From: a virus
Taxonomy: Duplodnaviria; Caudoviricetes
Reading direction: 5' to 3' (one strand)
IMG/VR virus record: IMGVR_UViG_3300025530_000406
Span: 1 to 50,676 of that record
Length of the DNA: 50,676 nt
Shown: positions 9,991 to 19,200 of the stretch, one piece after another
Position numbering within the stretch: position 1 is the first letter of the stretch
Layout: each line of letters begins with the position of its first letter
Program-made: the position numbers and the translations under genes
Notes under the pieces: generated by a model
Told to the model about the DNA's origin: nothing
The model's database searches: none
Seen by the model: the letters and a program-made list of their open reading frames with translations, nothing else

Positions 9991-11429
9991 TGGCCTACAA
10001 GCACGGCGTCTATGTCAACGAAATCCCTACCACGATCACGCCGCCTACATCCGTCGATACTGTCCCGGTTGTGTTCGGGACGGCGCCGATCAACCTGTCT
10101 AAGCGCAGTAAAGCGCCGGTCAATGAGCCGGTACTGTGCTACACCTACGCCGAGGCTGTCGAAGCGTTCGGATACAGCAATGACTGGAGCTTTTCGCTGA
10201 GCGAATTTATCCATTCGCATTTTGCGCTTTTTGCGATGTCCCCGGTTGTGCTGGTCAATGTACTGGACCCGGCGACGCATAAAACTTCCGTCTCCGATGA
10301 GGCCGTGACGATGGTTAACGGATTGGCGACGGTCAAAAAGCAAGGCATCTTGAAATCTTCCGTTGTTGTTAAATCCAACGACGGCCAGACGACGTACCTC
10401 CTGGGTACGGACTATACGCTTGACTATGATGATGATGGAAACTTGGTCATTCAACGTTTGGCAGCCGGATTGATCCCGTCCAACGCAACGACGCTTTCGG
10501 TCAGCTATGACAAGCTCAATCCGGCAGCAGTAACCAGCTCCGACATTATCGGCGGTATCGACGGCAGCGGAAACCCGAAGGGGCTTGAACTGATCGATCA
10601 GGTATTCCCTCGCTTCCGGATGGTCCCGGGGATGATTTTGGCTCCCGGATATTCGCACGAGCCGGCGGTCGGCGCCGTGATGGTCGCAAAAGCTGGCAAC
10701 GTCAATGGTCTGTTTAAGGCAATCGCCTTGACCGACCTTCCGGCGGATCAAGCATATACGGACGTGGCAGCGTGGAAAGAAAGCAACAACTATACATCCG
10801 AGCGGCAGATCAACACGTACCCGTTGGTTAAGCTCGGAGACAAGACATATCATCTTTCGACGCAGCTTGCGGGCGTGATTTGCGCAACGGATGCGGCATA
10901 TACCGGGATACCGTATGTATCGCCCTCCAACCAGTCGTTGCGGGCAGACTCTTCTGTGCTTGCAGACGGCACGCCCTTGTTCTTGGGGCCGGATCAGGCT
11001 GCTTACCTTAACGGCCAGGGGATCGTGACGGCGCTCAACTTCGTCGGTGGCTGGAAGGCATGGGGTAACCGTACCGGTGCGTACCCGGCCAACACAGACC
11101 CGAAAGACGCGTTTATCCCGGTCCGCCGAATGATGGATTGGATCACCAATACGGTCGTCCTGTCCTATTGGCAGCGACTTGACGGTCCGATCACGCGTCG
11201 GTTGACGGAGGCGGTCACGGATAGCCTTAACCTGTGGCTTAATGGCCTGACAGCCATTGGCGCGCTTCTCGGTGGCCGTGTCGAGTTCCGGGCGGACGAA
11301 AACCCGCAAACCGACATTATGGACGGCATTGTACGTTTCCACATTTACGTTACACCGCCGTCTCCGGCCCGTGAAATTGACTTTATTGTCGAATACGATA
11401 CTTCTTATCTCAGCACCTTGGCGGAATAA
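9987..11429 (+). CDS. Contractile tail sheath protein
   Basis: YKHGVYVNE, GTAP, SPSN, LNGQGIVT, WGNRT and RR motifs. Confidence 0.95.
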   Translation: MMAYKHGVYVNEIPTTITPPTSVDTVPVVFGTAPINLSKRSKAPVNEPVLCYTYAEAVEAFGYSNDWSFSLSEFIHSHFALFAMSPVVLVNVLDPATHKTSVSDEAVTMVNGLATVKKQGILKSSVVVKSNDGQTTYLLGTDYTLDYDDDGNLVIQRLAAGLIPSNATTLSVSYDKLNPAAVTSSDIIGGIDGSGNPKGLELIDQVFPRFRMVPGMILAPGYSHEPAVGAVMVAKAGNVNGLFKAIALTDLPADQAYTDVAAWKESNNYTSERQINTYPLVKLGDKTYHLSTQLAGVICATDAAYTGIPYVSPSNQSLRADSSVLADGTPLFLGPDQAAYLNGQGIVTALNFVGGWKAWGNRTGAYPANTDPKDAFIPVRRMMDWITNTVVLSYWQRLDGPITRRLTEAVTDSLNLWLNGLTAIGALLGGRVEFRADENPQTDIMDGIVRFHIYVTPPSPAREIDFIVEYDTSYLSTLAE

Positions 11430-11444
11430 GGGAGGGGATAGACC

Positions 11445-11969
11445 ATGGCGCAGATGCAGATTCCTGAGAAGCTGATCAACTTTACCGTATATCGTGACGG
11501 CAATGAATACTTGGGTGCCTCTGACATTACGTTGCCCACCCTGCAAGCCATGACCCAAACGATCAGCGGCGCCGGCATTGCTGGGGAAATTGACAGCCCT
11601 ACGCTCGGTCATTTTGGCAGCATGACGGTTACGCTTAACTGGCGTACTGTTGAGCGAAGCACGATTCGGCTGCTTCAGCAAAAAGCGCACGCGCTTGATT
11701 TCCGGGGGTCCATTCAGGTTTACGACTCGAGCTCAGGAACAATCCGGACGGCTGGCCTTAAGGTAAGCGTCAGAGCGCTTCCGAAGACTGGCAACCTCGG
11801 AAACTTCCAGGCGGCTAACCCGATGGGGTCCTCCAACGAGCTCGAAGTGACATACATCAAGATCGTGCAGGATGGCGTCACGCTACTCGAACTCGACAAA
11901 TTTAACTTTATCTTCAAGGTGGACGGCGTTGACATGCTGGCTAACGTACGTTCGCAACTTGGACTGTAA
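11445..11969 (+). CDS. Tail tube protein (P2 FII-like)
   Basis: GAGIAGEID, LELDKFN...VDGVD motifs. Confidence 0.92.
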   Translation: MAQMQIPEKLINFTVYRDGNEYLGASDITLPTLQAMTQTISGAGIAGEIDSPTLGHFGSMTVTLNWRTVERSTIRLLQQKAHALDFRGSIQVYDSSSGTIRTAGLKVSVRALPKTGNLGNFQAANPMGSSNELEVTYIKIVQDGVTLLELDKFNFIFKVDGVDMLANVRSQLGL

Positions 11970-11983
11970 GGAGCGAAAATCAC

Positions 11984-12298
11984 ATGAGCGATCAAGCACA
12001 AACGGCCGCTGACAGCGTGTATACGCTCAGGCGGCCGATTACATTTGACGGTCAAGAGTACACGCAGATCAATCTCGATTTCGATCGGCTGACGGGGGAG
12101 GACATCCTTAATTGTGATCGGCAATATGCAGCATCGCAGGGCTCCCAGTTGTTCTTTAGGGAGTCTGACAAAGCCTATCAGGCGATCGTAGCTGCCCGAG
12201 CCGCCGGCGTGCCTGTCGAACTGATTAAATCGCTCTATGCCAAGGATTTCACGCGGGTAACATTGCGGGCTCAAAATTTTTTGATCGGGTCGGCCTAA
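11984..12298 (+). CDS. Tail assembly chaperone (gpE/G-like)
   Basis: LRRPITFDG, LTGEDI and KDF motifs; slippery site near the 3' end. Confidence 0.85.
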   Translation: MSDQAQTAADSVYTLRRPITFDGQEYTQINLDFDRLTGEDILNCDRQYAASQGSQLFFRESDKAYQAIVAARAAGVPVELIKSLYAKDFTRVTLRAQNFLIGSA

Positions 12299-12447
12299 CT
12301 CCTGATTTGGGCGTGCGGGATATGGCCGTGATTTTGTCCAAAGCTACTTACACGCCCATTCCCTTCTTTCTCTCTCTCCCTGTATTCGAATTGGGAGAAT
12401 GGATGAAATTAGCGGCGAAGTGGAAAGGCGGCGGTAAGAGTGGCTAA
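12277..12447 (+). CDS. -1 frameshift extension of the tail chaperone (gpE'/GT-like)
   Basis: TTTTTTG at 12277-12283; the -1 frame is open to TAA 12445-12447 and reads ...FFLSLPVFELGEWMKLAAKWKGGGKSG. Confidence 0.8.
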   Translation, partial: FFDRVGLTPDLGVRDMAVILSKATYTPIPFFLSLPVFELGEWMKLAAKWKGGGKSG

Positions 12448-15349
12448 TCGAGGACGAGAATTTGAAGTATCGTTCAGGCTGGACGCGGAGTTGGAGTCAT
12501 CCTTTCGAAGGTCCTTCGGAGCTGCAACTGACAGGCTTGAAAGTCTGGACAGAGTGCTGAGTAAAATCAGCAGCAATGATGCGTTTGGACACATAAGCAA
12601 GGAAGCACGCGAAGCGGAGAGAGCAATCCGTTCCGCGGGCGAGGATACGCGAACATTCGGAGATGTACTGAAACGCGTCGCCGAGTATTCTGGAGCTTTC
12701 GCGATTGTTCAAGGCGTCGCTGATTCCGTCCAAGGGATCGGCGGCGCTGTTTTTGAGTTTCATGACTCCATGGCGCAGTTGCAAGCGGCCACAGGCGCAA
12801 GCGCGGAAGAAATGGAAGAACTTCGGAGCATTGCCGAATCGTTATACGAGTTGCCGGTTGGGCAAGGCTTCGAGGACCTCACGAACTCCATTGCAACGGT
12901 AAAACAGGTAACGCAGCAGAGTGGCGAAGCGCTGGAGCAAATGACCAAAGAGGCGATCCTTTTCCGAGACGTGTTCGGCGAAGACGTTACCGAATCGGTC
13001 AAGGCCGCCGACACGATGATGCGCAACTTTGGCATTACGTCGACGCAAGCATTTAACCTCCTGGCGCAGGGTGCACAGAAGGGGCTCGACAAGTCCGGCG
13101 AATTGCTGGATACCGCGAACGAGTATGCGCCGCAGTTTGCAGCCTTGGGTTACTCGGCCGACGAGATGTTCAACATTTTTGCGGCTGGCCTTGAAAAAGG
13201 TGCGTTTAACCTGGACAAAGTCGGCGACGCCGTCAAGGAGTTTAATATCAGGCTTAAGGACGGCAGCAAGACGACCAGCGATGCGCTTGCGGTCCTTTTT
13301 GCACCGAATAACATCGACGCTTGGGTAGCGAGGTTGACCAAGGCCGGGAGGAAGTCTGCTCAGTATGCTGAATTGGTTAAAAAGGTCGGCAAATCGACGG
13401 CCGACGAAATGCTCAAAGACCTGAAAAAGGGCGGCCAGGCAGCGAGCAAAACGATTACACAATTACAGATGATTCTGGGCGGCGGCCAGGACATTCTGGA
13501 TGGTCTCTCAAAAGGGGCTATTCAGGGCAAAGACGCTTTGCAAGCGGTCGTTCAGAGGCTCAACGAGATCAAAGACCCCTTGCAGCGCAACCAGCTTGGC
13601 GTAGCGCTTTTCGGCACGCAGTTTGAAGACCTCGAAGCCACTGTCATCACATCGTTGGGATCGGTTCGTAACCAGTTCGACATGACCAAGTCCACGATGG
13701 AGGATATCGAACAGGTCAAATTCGACACGGTCAGTAAAAAATGGCAGCAGATCGGGCGTCAATTGATGACGGAGCTTGTGCTGCCGATTTCCGAAGACCT
13801 CATGCCGACGATCGAAAAGCTGGCGGATTGGGCCGGGGACAATAAAGAATTGATCAAATTCTTGGCCTTGGCTACGCCGGCAGCGATGATCGGCAAAAAC
13901 GCGGTGTCGCTCGTTTCGAAATTTGCTTCGGTCGGCGAAGCCGTGGAGGACATTGGTAAAAGCGCGAGCGGCGCCAATAAGCTCATGACGTCGTTCGGCA
14001 CGACGCTGCGCTTTTTTACCAATCCCGTAGGTATCGCCGTCGGCGCTGTCGGCGCGCTCACGGCTGGCATTATCGCGTATCGGAAAAGCCAGGAAGAAGC
14101 CCGCCAGGCGCTCCTGCATATGGACGAAACGCTTAGCACCGCCTTTAAGGATTACAGCAGCATTGACGAGCATTACCAGCGGACGAATAACCTGATCGCC
14201 GAATACGACCGCCTCTCCGCAAAAATAGCGGATTCGAAGACACCGACCGAACAACTGACCGAAGCCCGCCGGAAATTGAGCGAGATCGAGAAAGAACTGA
14301 TCGAACTCAACCCGGAAATCTTGAATGCGGAAGATGCGAAGAGTGGAAAATTCCGAGAGCAGTTGGGACTGGTCCAGGAACTAAATGGCGTGCAGCGCGA
14401 AATGGCGCGCCGGGAACTGGAAAAGTCGGTGACGGACGCAGAATACAAACTCCCAAGCCTCGAAGAAGAATACGCCAAGCTGCAGGAGAACCTGACGAAA
14501 TACGATCAGGCATACAACCAAGCGCGCGAGTCCTATGTCAAGTATCGCGAATTCGTCGAGCAGCAGCAGGCTATCGTAAATGACAGCAGCCTGTCGTCGG
14601 ACGAGCAAACCCAGCGTTTGCGCGACTTGGCCCGTACAATCCAAGAGATTACCGGCAAGGACTACAGCGGTAACTGGGCCAATCTGGTTGCCGACATGCA
14701 GAGCTTTTATGAGGCATACGGTAAAAATTATGACAAATGGGTTCAAACGCAGGAGGACATTCAGGCGGCCGAGCAAAGCTTTCAAGCGTTGTATGACTCG
14801 CAGAAACAACTGATCGAGCTCAACCTTGGCGGCACGCTAGAAGAACAAGCAAAGAAATTCAGCAGCCTATCCGAAGAAAGCAAGGCGAAATTTGCAGCGG
14901 CGTTGCAAACCATCGCGGAACTTAACCAAAAGCTGAATGAGTTACCGGCGGAGAAAAAAATAAACGTCGATGTGCTCTATCGAACCTCCGGTCTTCAAGT
15001 TCCGAAGACACCCCAAAATAATACATCGGGATTGTTAGATATGCCGAAGTTTGCCGAAGGCGGTATAGCAACTCGGCCGTCAATATTCGGCGAGGCGGGC
15101 CCGGAAATGGCGATCCCGCTGGAACGCAGCCAGCGCTCCCGCGAACTGCTGGAACAGACAAGTCGCATCATAGGGTATGATCAAGGGACTACGGTTAACG
15201 TTTCGTACTCTCCGGTGATTAATGTAAGCGGCGGCGGGCCGGAAGTCATAGCAAAAGTGAAGCAAGCAGCACAGTCGGGATACGAGGATTTCAAGCGATT
15301 CTTGCAACGATATGAGCGCGAAAACAGGAGGCTTAGTTTCCACCAATGA
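12440..15349 (+). CDS. Tape measure protein
   Basis: 969 aa, Ala/Gly-rich and helical; FNLDKVGDAVKEFNIR, LFGTQFED, FAEGG...GEAGPE motifs. Confidence 0.93.
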   Translation: MANRGREFEVSFRLDAELESSFRRSFGAATDRLESLDRVLSKISSNDAFGHISKEAREAERAIRSAGEDTRTFGDVLKRVAEYSGAFAIVQGVADSVQGIGGAVFEFHDSMAQLQAATGASAEEMEELRSIAESLYELPVGQGFEDLTNSIATVKQVTQQSGEALEQMTKEAILFRDVFGEDVTESVKAADTMMRNFGITSTQAFNLLAQGAQKGLDKSGELLDTANEYAPQFAALGYSADEMFNIFAAGLEKGAFNLDKVGDAVKEFNIRLKDGSKTTSDALAVLFAPNNIDAWVARLTKAGRKSAQYAELVKKVGKSTADEMLKDLKKGGQAASKTITQLQMILGGGQDILDGLSKGAIQGKDALQAVVQRLNEIKDPLQRNQLGVALFGTQFEDLEATVITSLGSVRNQFDMTKSTMEDIEQVKFDTVSKKWQQIGRQLMTELVLPISEDLMPTIEKLADWAGDNKELIKFLALATPAAMIGKNAVSLVSKFASVGEAVEDIGKSASGANKLMTSFGTTLRFFTNPVGIAVGAVGALTAGIIAYRKSQEEARQALLHMDETLSTAFKDYSSIDEHYQRTNNLIAEYDRLSAKIADSKTPTEQLTEARRKLSEIEKELIELNPEILNAEDAKSGKFREQLGLVQELNGVQREMARRELEKSVTDAEYKLPSLEEEYAKLQENLTKYDQAYNQARESYVKYREFVEQQQAIVNDSSLSSDEQTQRLRDLARTIQEITGKDYSGNWANLVADMQSFYEAYGKNYDKWVQTQEDIQAAEQSFQALYDSQKQLIELNLGGTLEEQAKKFSSLSEESKAKFAAALQTIAELNQKLNELPAEKKINVDVLYRTSGLQVPKTPQNNTSGLLDMPKFAEGGIATRPSIFGEAGPEMAIPLERSQRSRELLEQTSRIIGYDQGTTVNVSYSPVINVSGGGPEVIAKVKQAAQSGYEDFKRFLQRYERENRRLSFHQ

Positions 15350-15555
15350 GCACATACACGACGATTCAGGGCGACACCTGGGATGGTATCGCACACAAGT
15401 TGTTCGGGTCGTCCTCTCAAATGTCGAACCTCATGCAGCTTAATCCCGAACATATGAGGACGGTTATCTTTGGTGCCGGTGTCGTGTTGATGATCCCGGA
15501 TGTGGCACCGGCGGAAGCCGAAGACCTCCCTCCTTGGAGGCGAGCGGAAGAATAA
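15346..15555 (+). CDS. Tail protein X (LysM-like)
   Basis: YTTIQGDTWDGIA...NP...LPPW. Confidence 0.9.
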   Translation: MSTYTTIQGDTWDGIAHKLFGSSSQMSNLMQLNPEHMRTVIFGAGVVLMIPDVAPAEAEDLPPWRRAEE

Positions 15556-16568
15556 TGGAGCCGAGAAAAGCAATCATCGATCTGACCTATCAGGGCGTCA
15601 ATATCTCTCGCGATATTGAGCCTTTTTTGTTGTCTTTTTCATACACGGATTCGGGTAATGGCCGGGCCGACGATCTGCAGATCAGTCTGGCCGATGTTGA
15701 CGGCCGCTGGCGGAAGTCTTGGTTCCCCCGGCGAGGGGACCGCATAAAGGCATCGATCCAGCTTAGAAACTGGTACTCTAGCGGAACAACACGAACGCTT
15801 TATTGTGGGACGTTTGACGTTGACAGTGTCGATTACACCGGACCGGACGACACGATCACGATTCAGGCGGCGTCTTATCCCGGGAACACGAAGATTAAAA
15901 GCGAACCCCGGTCTCAATCCTGGGAGAAAGTCACTTTGCGCCAAATCGCCGGCCAGATTGCAAAAAGGGCCGGGTTGAAACTCATGTACGAGATGGACGA
16001 GGTCGTTTATGACCGGATTGATCAGTCCCAAGAAACAGACCTGGCCTTTCTAAGTTCGCGAGTGGAAGCTGAAGGCGGGTCGCTCAAAATCACGAGCGGG
16101 CGGCTTGTGCTGTTCGACGACCGCAAATATGAGGGTGTCAAGCCTACTCGCACGATTGAACGCGGCAAAAGCGACATCCTGAGTTATTCTTTCAACCTCC
16201 AAACGACAGATGCCGCCTATGCCTCTTGCGAAATCAAATTCACGGACACTTCGAAAAAGAAGACCATCAAAGGATCGTTTAGTATACCGGGCGCAAAGGG
16301 TCCCGTTCTCAAACTTAACGAACGCGTTGTATCGGTAGCTGAAGCCACCCGCAAAGCTCGAGCGGCACTCCGAAAGGCGAATAAGGATGCGCAACGGGCC
16401 CAATTGGTTTTGATGGGTGATTGCGCGCTTGTGCAGGGCGTTACGGTCAAGCTTTTGGGGTTTGGGGGGTATGATGATACCTATTACGTTGAGACAGCGA
16501 CGCATACGGTAGACGGCAGCGGCGGATACCAGACCCGGATAGACTTGCGAAAGGTGCTGGGGTATTGA
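15555..16568 (+). CDS. Baseplate hub (P2 gpD / late control D-like)
   Basis: SYTD...ADDL, CGTFDVD, QSQETDLAFL motifs. Confidence 0.88.
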   Translation: MEPRKAIIDLTYQGVNISRDIEPFLLSFSYTDSGNGRADDLQISLADVDGRWRKSWFPRRGDRIKASIQLRNWYSSGTTRTLYCGTFDVDSVDYTGPDDTITIQAASYPGNTKIKSEPRSQSWEKVTLRQIAGQIAKRAGLKLMYEMDEVVYDRIDQSQETDLAFLSSRVEAEGGSLKITSGRLVLFDDRKYEGVKPTRTIERGKSDILSYSFNLQTTDAAYASCEIKFTDTSKKKTIKGSFSIPGAKGPVLKLNERVVSVAEATRKARAALRKANKDAQRAQLVLMGDCALVQGVTVKLLGFGGYDDTYYVETATHTVDGSGGYQTRIDLRKVLGY

Positions 16569-16804
16569 TGGGCTTTAATTTGCTTCGCGTTGGTATCGTA
16601 TCGAGTGTCGATGAGTCATTGAAAGCTGTTCGGGTTGTGATTGAGGATCAAGATGACCTCGTGACCGGATGGCTGCAGGTCATCGTGCCTCCAATTGCCG
16701 GCATTTCGATTCAGTTTCCGGCGGTAGGTGACATGGTGCTATGCGCGTTTCTCGGTTCCGGAATTGAGACCGGGTACTGTCTTGGAAAGGTGGGCGGGGT
16801 ATGA
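16565..16804 (+). CDS. Baseplate spike gpV-like protein (OB-fold part only)
   Basis: RVGIVSSVD, VTGWLQV, PAVGDMVLC, GYCLG; only 79 aa. Confidence 0.75.
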   Translation: MMGFNLLRVGIVSSVDESLKAVRVVIEDQDDLVTGWLQVIVPPIAGISIQFPAVGDMVLCAFLGSGIETGYCLGKVGGV

Positions 16805-17190
16805 TCGGGACTTTTGGCAAATTGGTTTTCGTCGCATCGGCAAGCCTGCTTCGGACGTTCCGAGATTTTCGTCGGACGAGCTCGGCGCGCTGGGCGACGC
16901 ACGACATCTACAACCATAATCCCAAATCGCAGTTCCTTGGCCCGGGCCAGGACGAAATATCATTTTCGATGCACTTCGATGCCCGGTATGGCATTAAGCC
17001 GCGCAACGAGATGGCGCGCTTGACTACGATGTGTCGTACGGGACAAGTCGAAAAATTGATTATCGGCGGGCTGCCTTTCGGAGTCAATAAATGGTATATC
17101 GATTCCGTCGATCAGACCTGGGAGGTATTTGATAATGCAGGCCGTCTGCTCGTGGCCAGCGCTGACGTGCGGCTGAAAGAGTACGTTTAA
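16801..17190 (+). CDS. Tail protein (P2 gpU-like)
   Basis: IGTFGKLVF, RWATH, QFLGPG, LKEY motifs. Confidence 0.85.
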   Translation: MIGTFGKLVFVASASLLRTFRDFRRTSSARWATHDIYNHNPKSQFLGPGQDEISFSMHFDARYGIKPRNEMARLTTMCRTGQVEKLIIGGLPFGVNKWYIDSVDQTWEVFDNAGRLLVASADVRLKEYV

Positions 17191-17525
17191 TGGGGGTGAG
17201 AGTCTTGGAGTATGTGGTCGTTGCAAAGCCGGGTGAAATTGATTTCGGGGCGACGGGGATGACGGAGATCATGCAAAACGTAAGAACGATTGTCACGACC
17301 GCGCTGGGCAGCGTACCCCTCGACAGGGGATTCGGCGTTGACCAATCCGATGTAGACTCCCCATTGATGGTGGCGCAGGCCAGGCTGACCGCTCTGATAA
17401 TCGAGGCCGTGCAAATAAACGAGCCTCGTGTAGAGGTTACGGGCGTCTCGTTCGATTCCGACAATTTGGACGGGCGGTTGCTCCCGTCCATCCGAGTACG
17501 ATTGCGAGAGGGGGTTGAGCTGTGA
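17190..17525 (+). CDS. Baseplate wedge protein (gpW/gp25-like)
   Basis: QNVRTIVTT, GSVPLDRGFG, EPRV motifs. Confidence 0.88.
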   Translation: MGVRVLEYVVVAKPGEIDFGATGMTEIMQNVRTIVTTALGSVPLDRGFGVDQSDVDSPLMVAQARLTALIIEAVQINEPRVEVTGVSFDSDNLDGRLLPSIRVRLREGVEL

Positions 17526-18640
17526 GCATCTTCGATTTGCCCGACATTCAACTTGTCGATACCGACCCAGATGCCATAAAAAACAACATTATCACAGTGT
17601 ATGAGGCCATAAGCGAAAGAAAGCTGTATCCGGGCGATCCGGTACGGCTTTTTTTGTTGGCTGTGGCCAACGAGATCATCCAACTTCGCGTGCTGATTAA
17701 CGATACCGCGAAGCAAAACCTGCTTCGGTATGCTCGCGGCGACATGCTGGATCATATCGGGGCCATGGTGGAAACGACTCGGCTACAGGCTTCTCCGGCG
17801 CTGACGACGATCCGCTTTACGATGTCGGCCCCGCTTGGAGACACGATTATCATTCCTGCCGGCACTCGCGTAAGCCCCGGTGGAGAGGTGTTTTTCGCGA
17901 CAAGCGCGGTCGCTGAAGTGCCGCCTGGCACTTTGTACGTGGATGTAAGCGCCGAATGTCTCACACCAGGAACTACGGGCAACGGGTTTTTGCCCGGTCA
18001 GATCAGTAACCTTGTCGACCCGATCCCCTTTGTAGCCAGCGCGGTAAACACGACGGAGAGCGCGGGAGGATCGGAAACGGAATCAGACGACGCATTCCGC
18101 GAGCGCATCTATACCTCGCCGGAACGATTTTCGGTCGCTGGGCCGCGCGGTGCCTACGAATACTGGGCCCGTTCGGCCAACTCAGGAATTATCGATGTGA
18201 AAGTTAACTCGCCGGCGCCGGTGGAGGTTGAGGTCTATGTGCTGATGCAGGGCGGAGAGCTGCCGACAAGTGACGTCCTGGAACAAGTAGCTGATGTCGT
18301 CAACGATGAACGTATTCGGCCGTTGACAGACAAAGTTACTGTCAAGGCGCCCAATGTTTCGAGTTACGACGTCGAACTGACCTATTACATCGCCACGCAA
18401 AACGCAGCCTCCGCGGCCACGATTCAGGAGGCAGTTAACCAAGCCGTCACGGATTATGTGCTATGGCAAAAATCCAAGATTGGCCGGGACATAAACCCGT
18501 CCGAGCTGGTCCGGCGCATCATGCAAGCAGGAGCGCGTCGGGTTGCGATCACGTCGCCGTCGTATACGGCAATCAGCAACACTGATATTGCAGTTGCGGG
18601 GAATATCGAAGTGATTTACGGAGGGTTGGAAGATGATTGA
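17522..18640 (+). CDS. Baseplate J protein
   Basis: LYPGDP, GGSETESDD, SVAGPRGAYEYWA, RPLTD motifs. Confidence 0.93.
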   Translation: MSIFDLPDIQLVDTDPDAIKNNIITVYEAISERKLYPGDPVRLFLLAVANEIIQLRVLINDTAKQNLLRYARGDMLDHIGAMVETTRLQASPALTTIRFTMSAPLGDTIIIPAGTRVSPGGEVFFATSAVAEVPPGTLYVDVSAECLTPGTTGNGFLPGQISNLVDPIPFVASAVNTTESAGGSETESDDAFRERIYTSPERFSVAGPRGAYEYWARSANSGIIDVKVNSPAPVEVEVYVLMQGGELPTSDVLEQVADVVNDERIRPLTDKVTVKAPNVSSYDVELTYYIATQNAASAATIQEAVNQAVTDYVLWQKSKIGRDINPSELVRRIMQAGARRVAITSPSYTAISNTDIAVAGNIEVIYGGLEDD

Positions 18641-19196
18641 TATTGAGCAGATCAAGCTTATCGACCTGATCCCGCCAAATCTGCAGAGCGACGATAAGGT
18701 ACGAGCGGCGGCGGAAGCTTTGGACGCAGAACTAAAAAAAGTAACGCAGCTCATTCCTGCGACCGCACTTTTGCATATGATCGACACGCTGCCGGAACGA
18801 TGGGTCGATGAATTGGCTTGGCAATGGCACGTTGACTTTTATGACCCGACGCTTGATCTGAAGATTCGGCGCGAACTCGTTAAAAACAGCTTCCGCTGGC
18901 ACAAGCGCAAAGGGACGCCGTCTGCCGTCACCGAACTGATCGCAACGGTGTTTGGCAGCGGAGATGTCGTCGAATGGTACGAATACGGCGGGCAACCTGG
19001 CTATTTCCGAGTCGTAACCAGCGATCCGGCTGCAACGACCGAGCGGGCACAGCAATTTCTGGACGCGATCAACTCCGTCAAAAACGCCAGGTCATGGTTG
19101 GAGTCGATCCAAATTACAACCGAAGCGACAATGCCCCTGTATTTCGGGGGGATGGTACACACAGGCGACTACATAATTATTGAGCAAGGGGTGTAA
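18633..19196 (+). CDS. Tail protein I (P2 gpI-like)
   Basis: LAWQWHVD, HKRKGT, EWYEYGG, KNARS motifs. Confidence 0.9.
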   Translation: MIDIEQIKLIDLIPPNLQSDDKVRAAAEALDAELKKVTQLIPATALLHMIDTLPERWVDELAWQWHVDFYDPTLDLKIRRELVKNSFRWHKRKGTPSAVTELIATVFGSGDVVEWYEYGGQPGYFRVVTSDPAATTERAQQFLDAINSVKNARSWLESIQITTEATMPLYFGGMVHTGDYIIIEQGV

Positions 19197-19200
19197 TGAA

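Noticed and set aside
9843-11690. Long antisense ORFs (615 aa here; also 6783-8237, 35761-36615, 37778-38689)
   Set aside because: They shadow well-supported plus-strand genes, as expected from GC-rich codon bias; no motifs or RBS.
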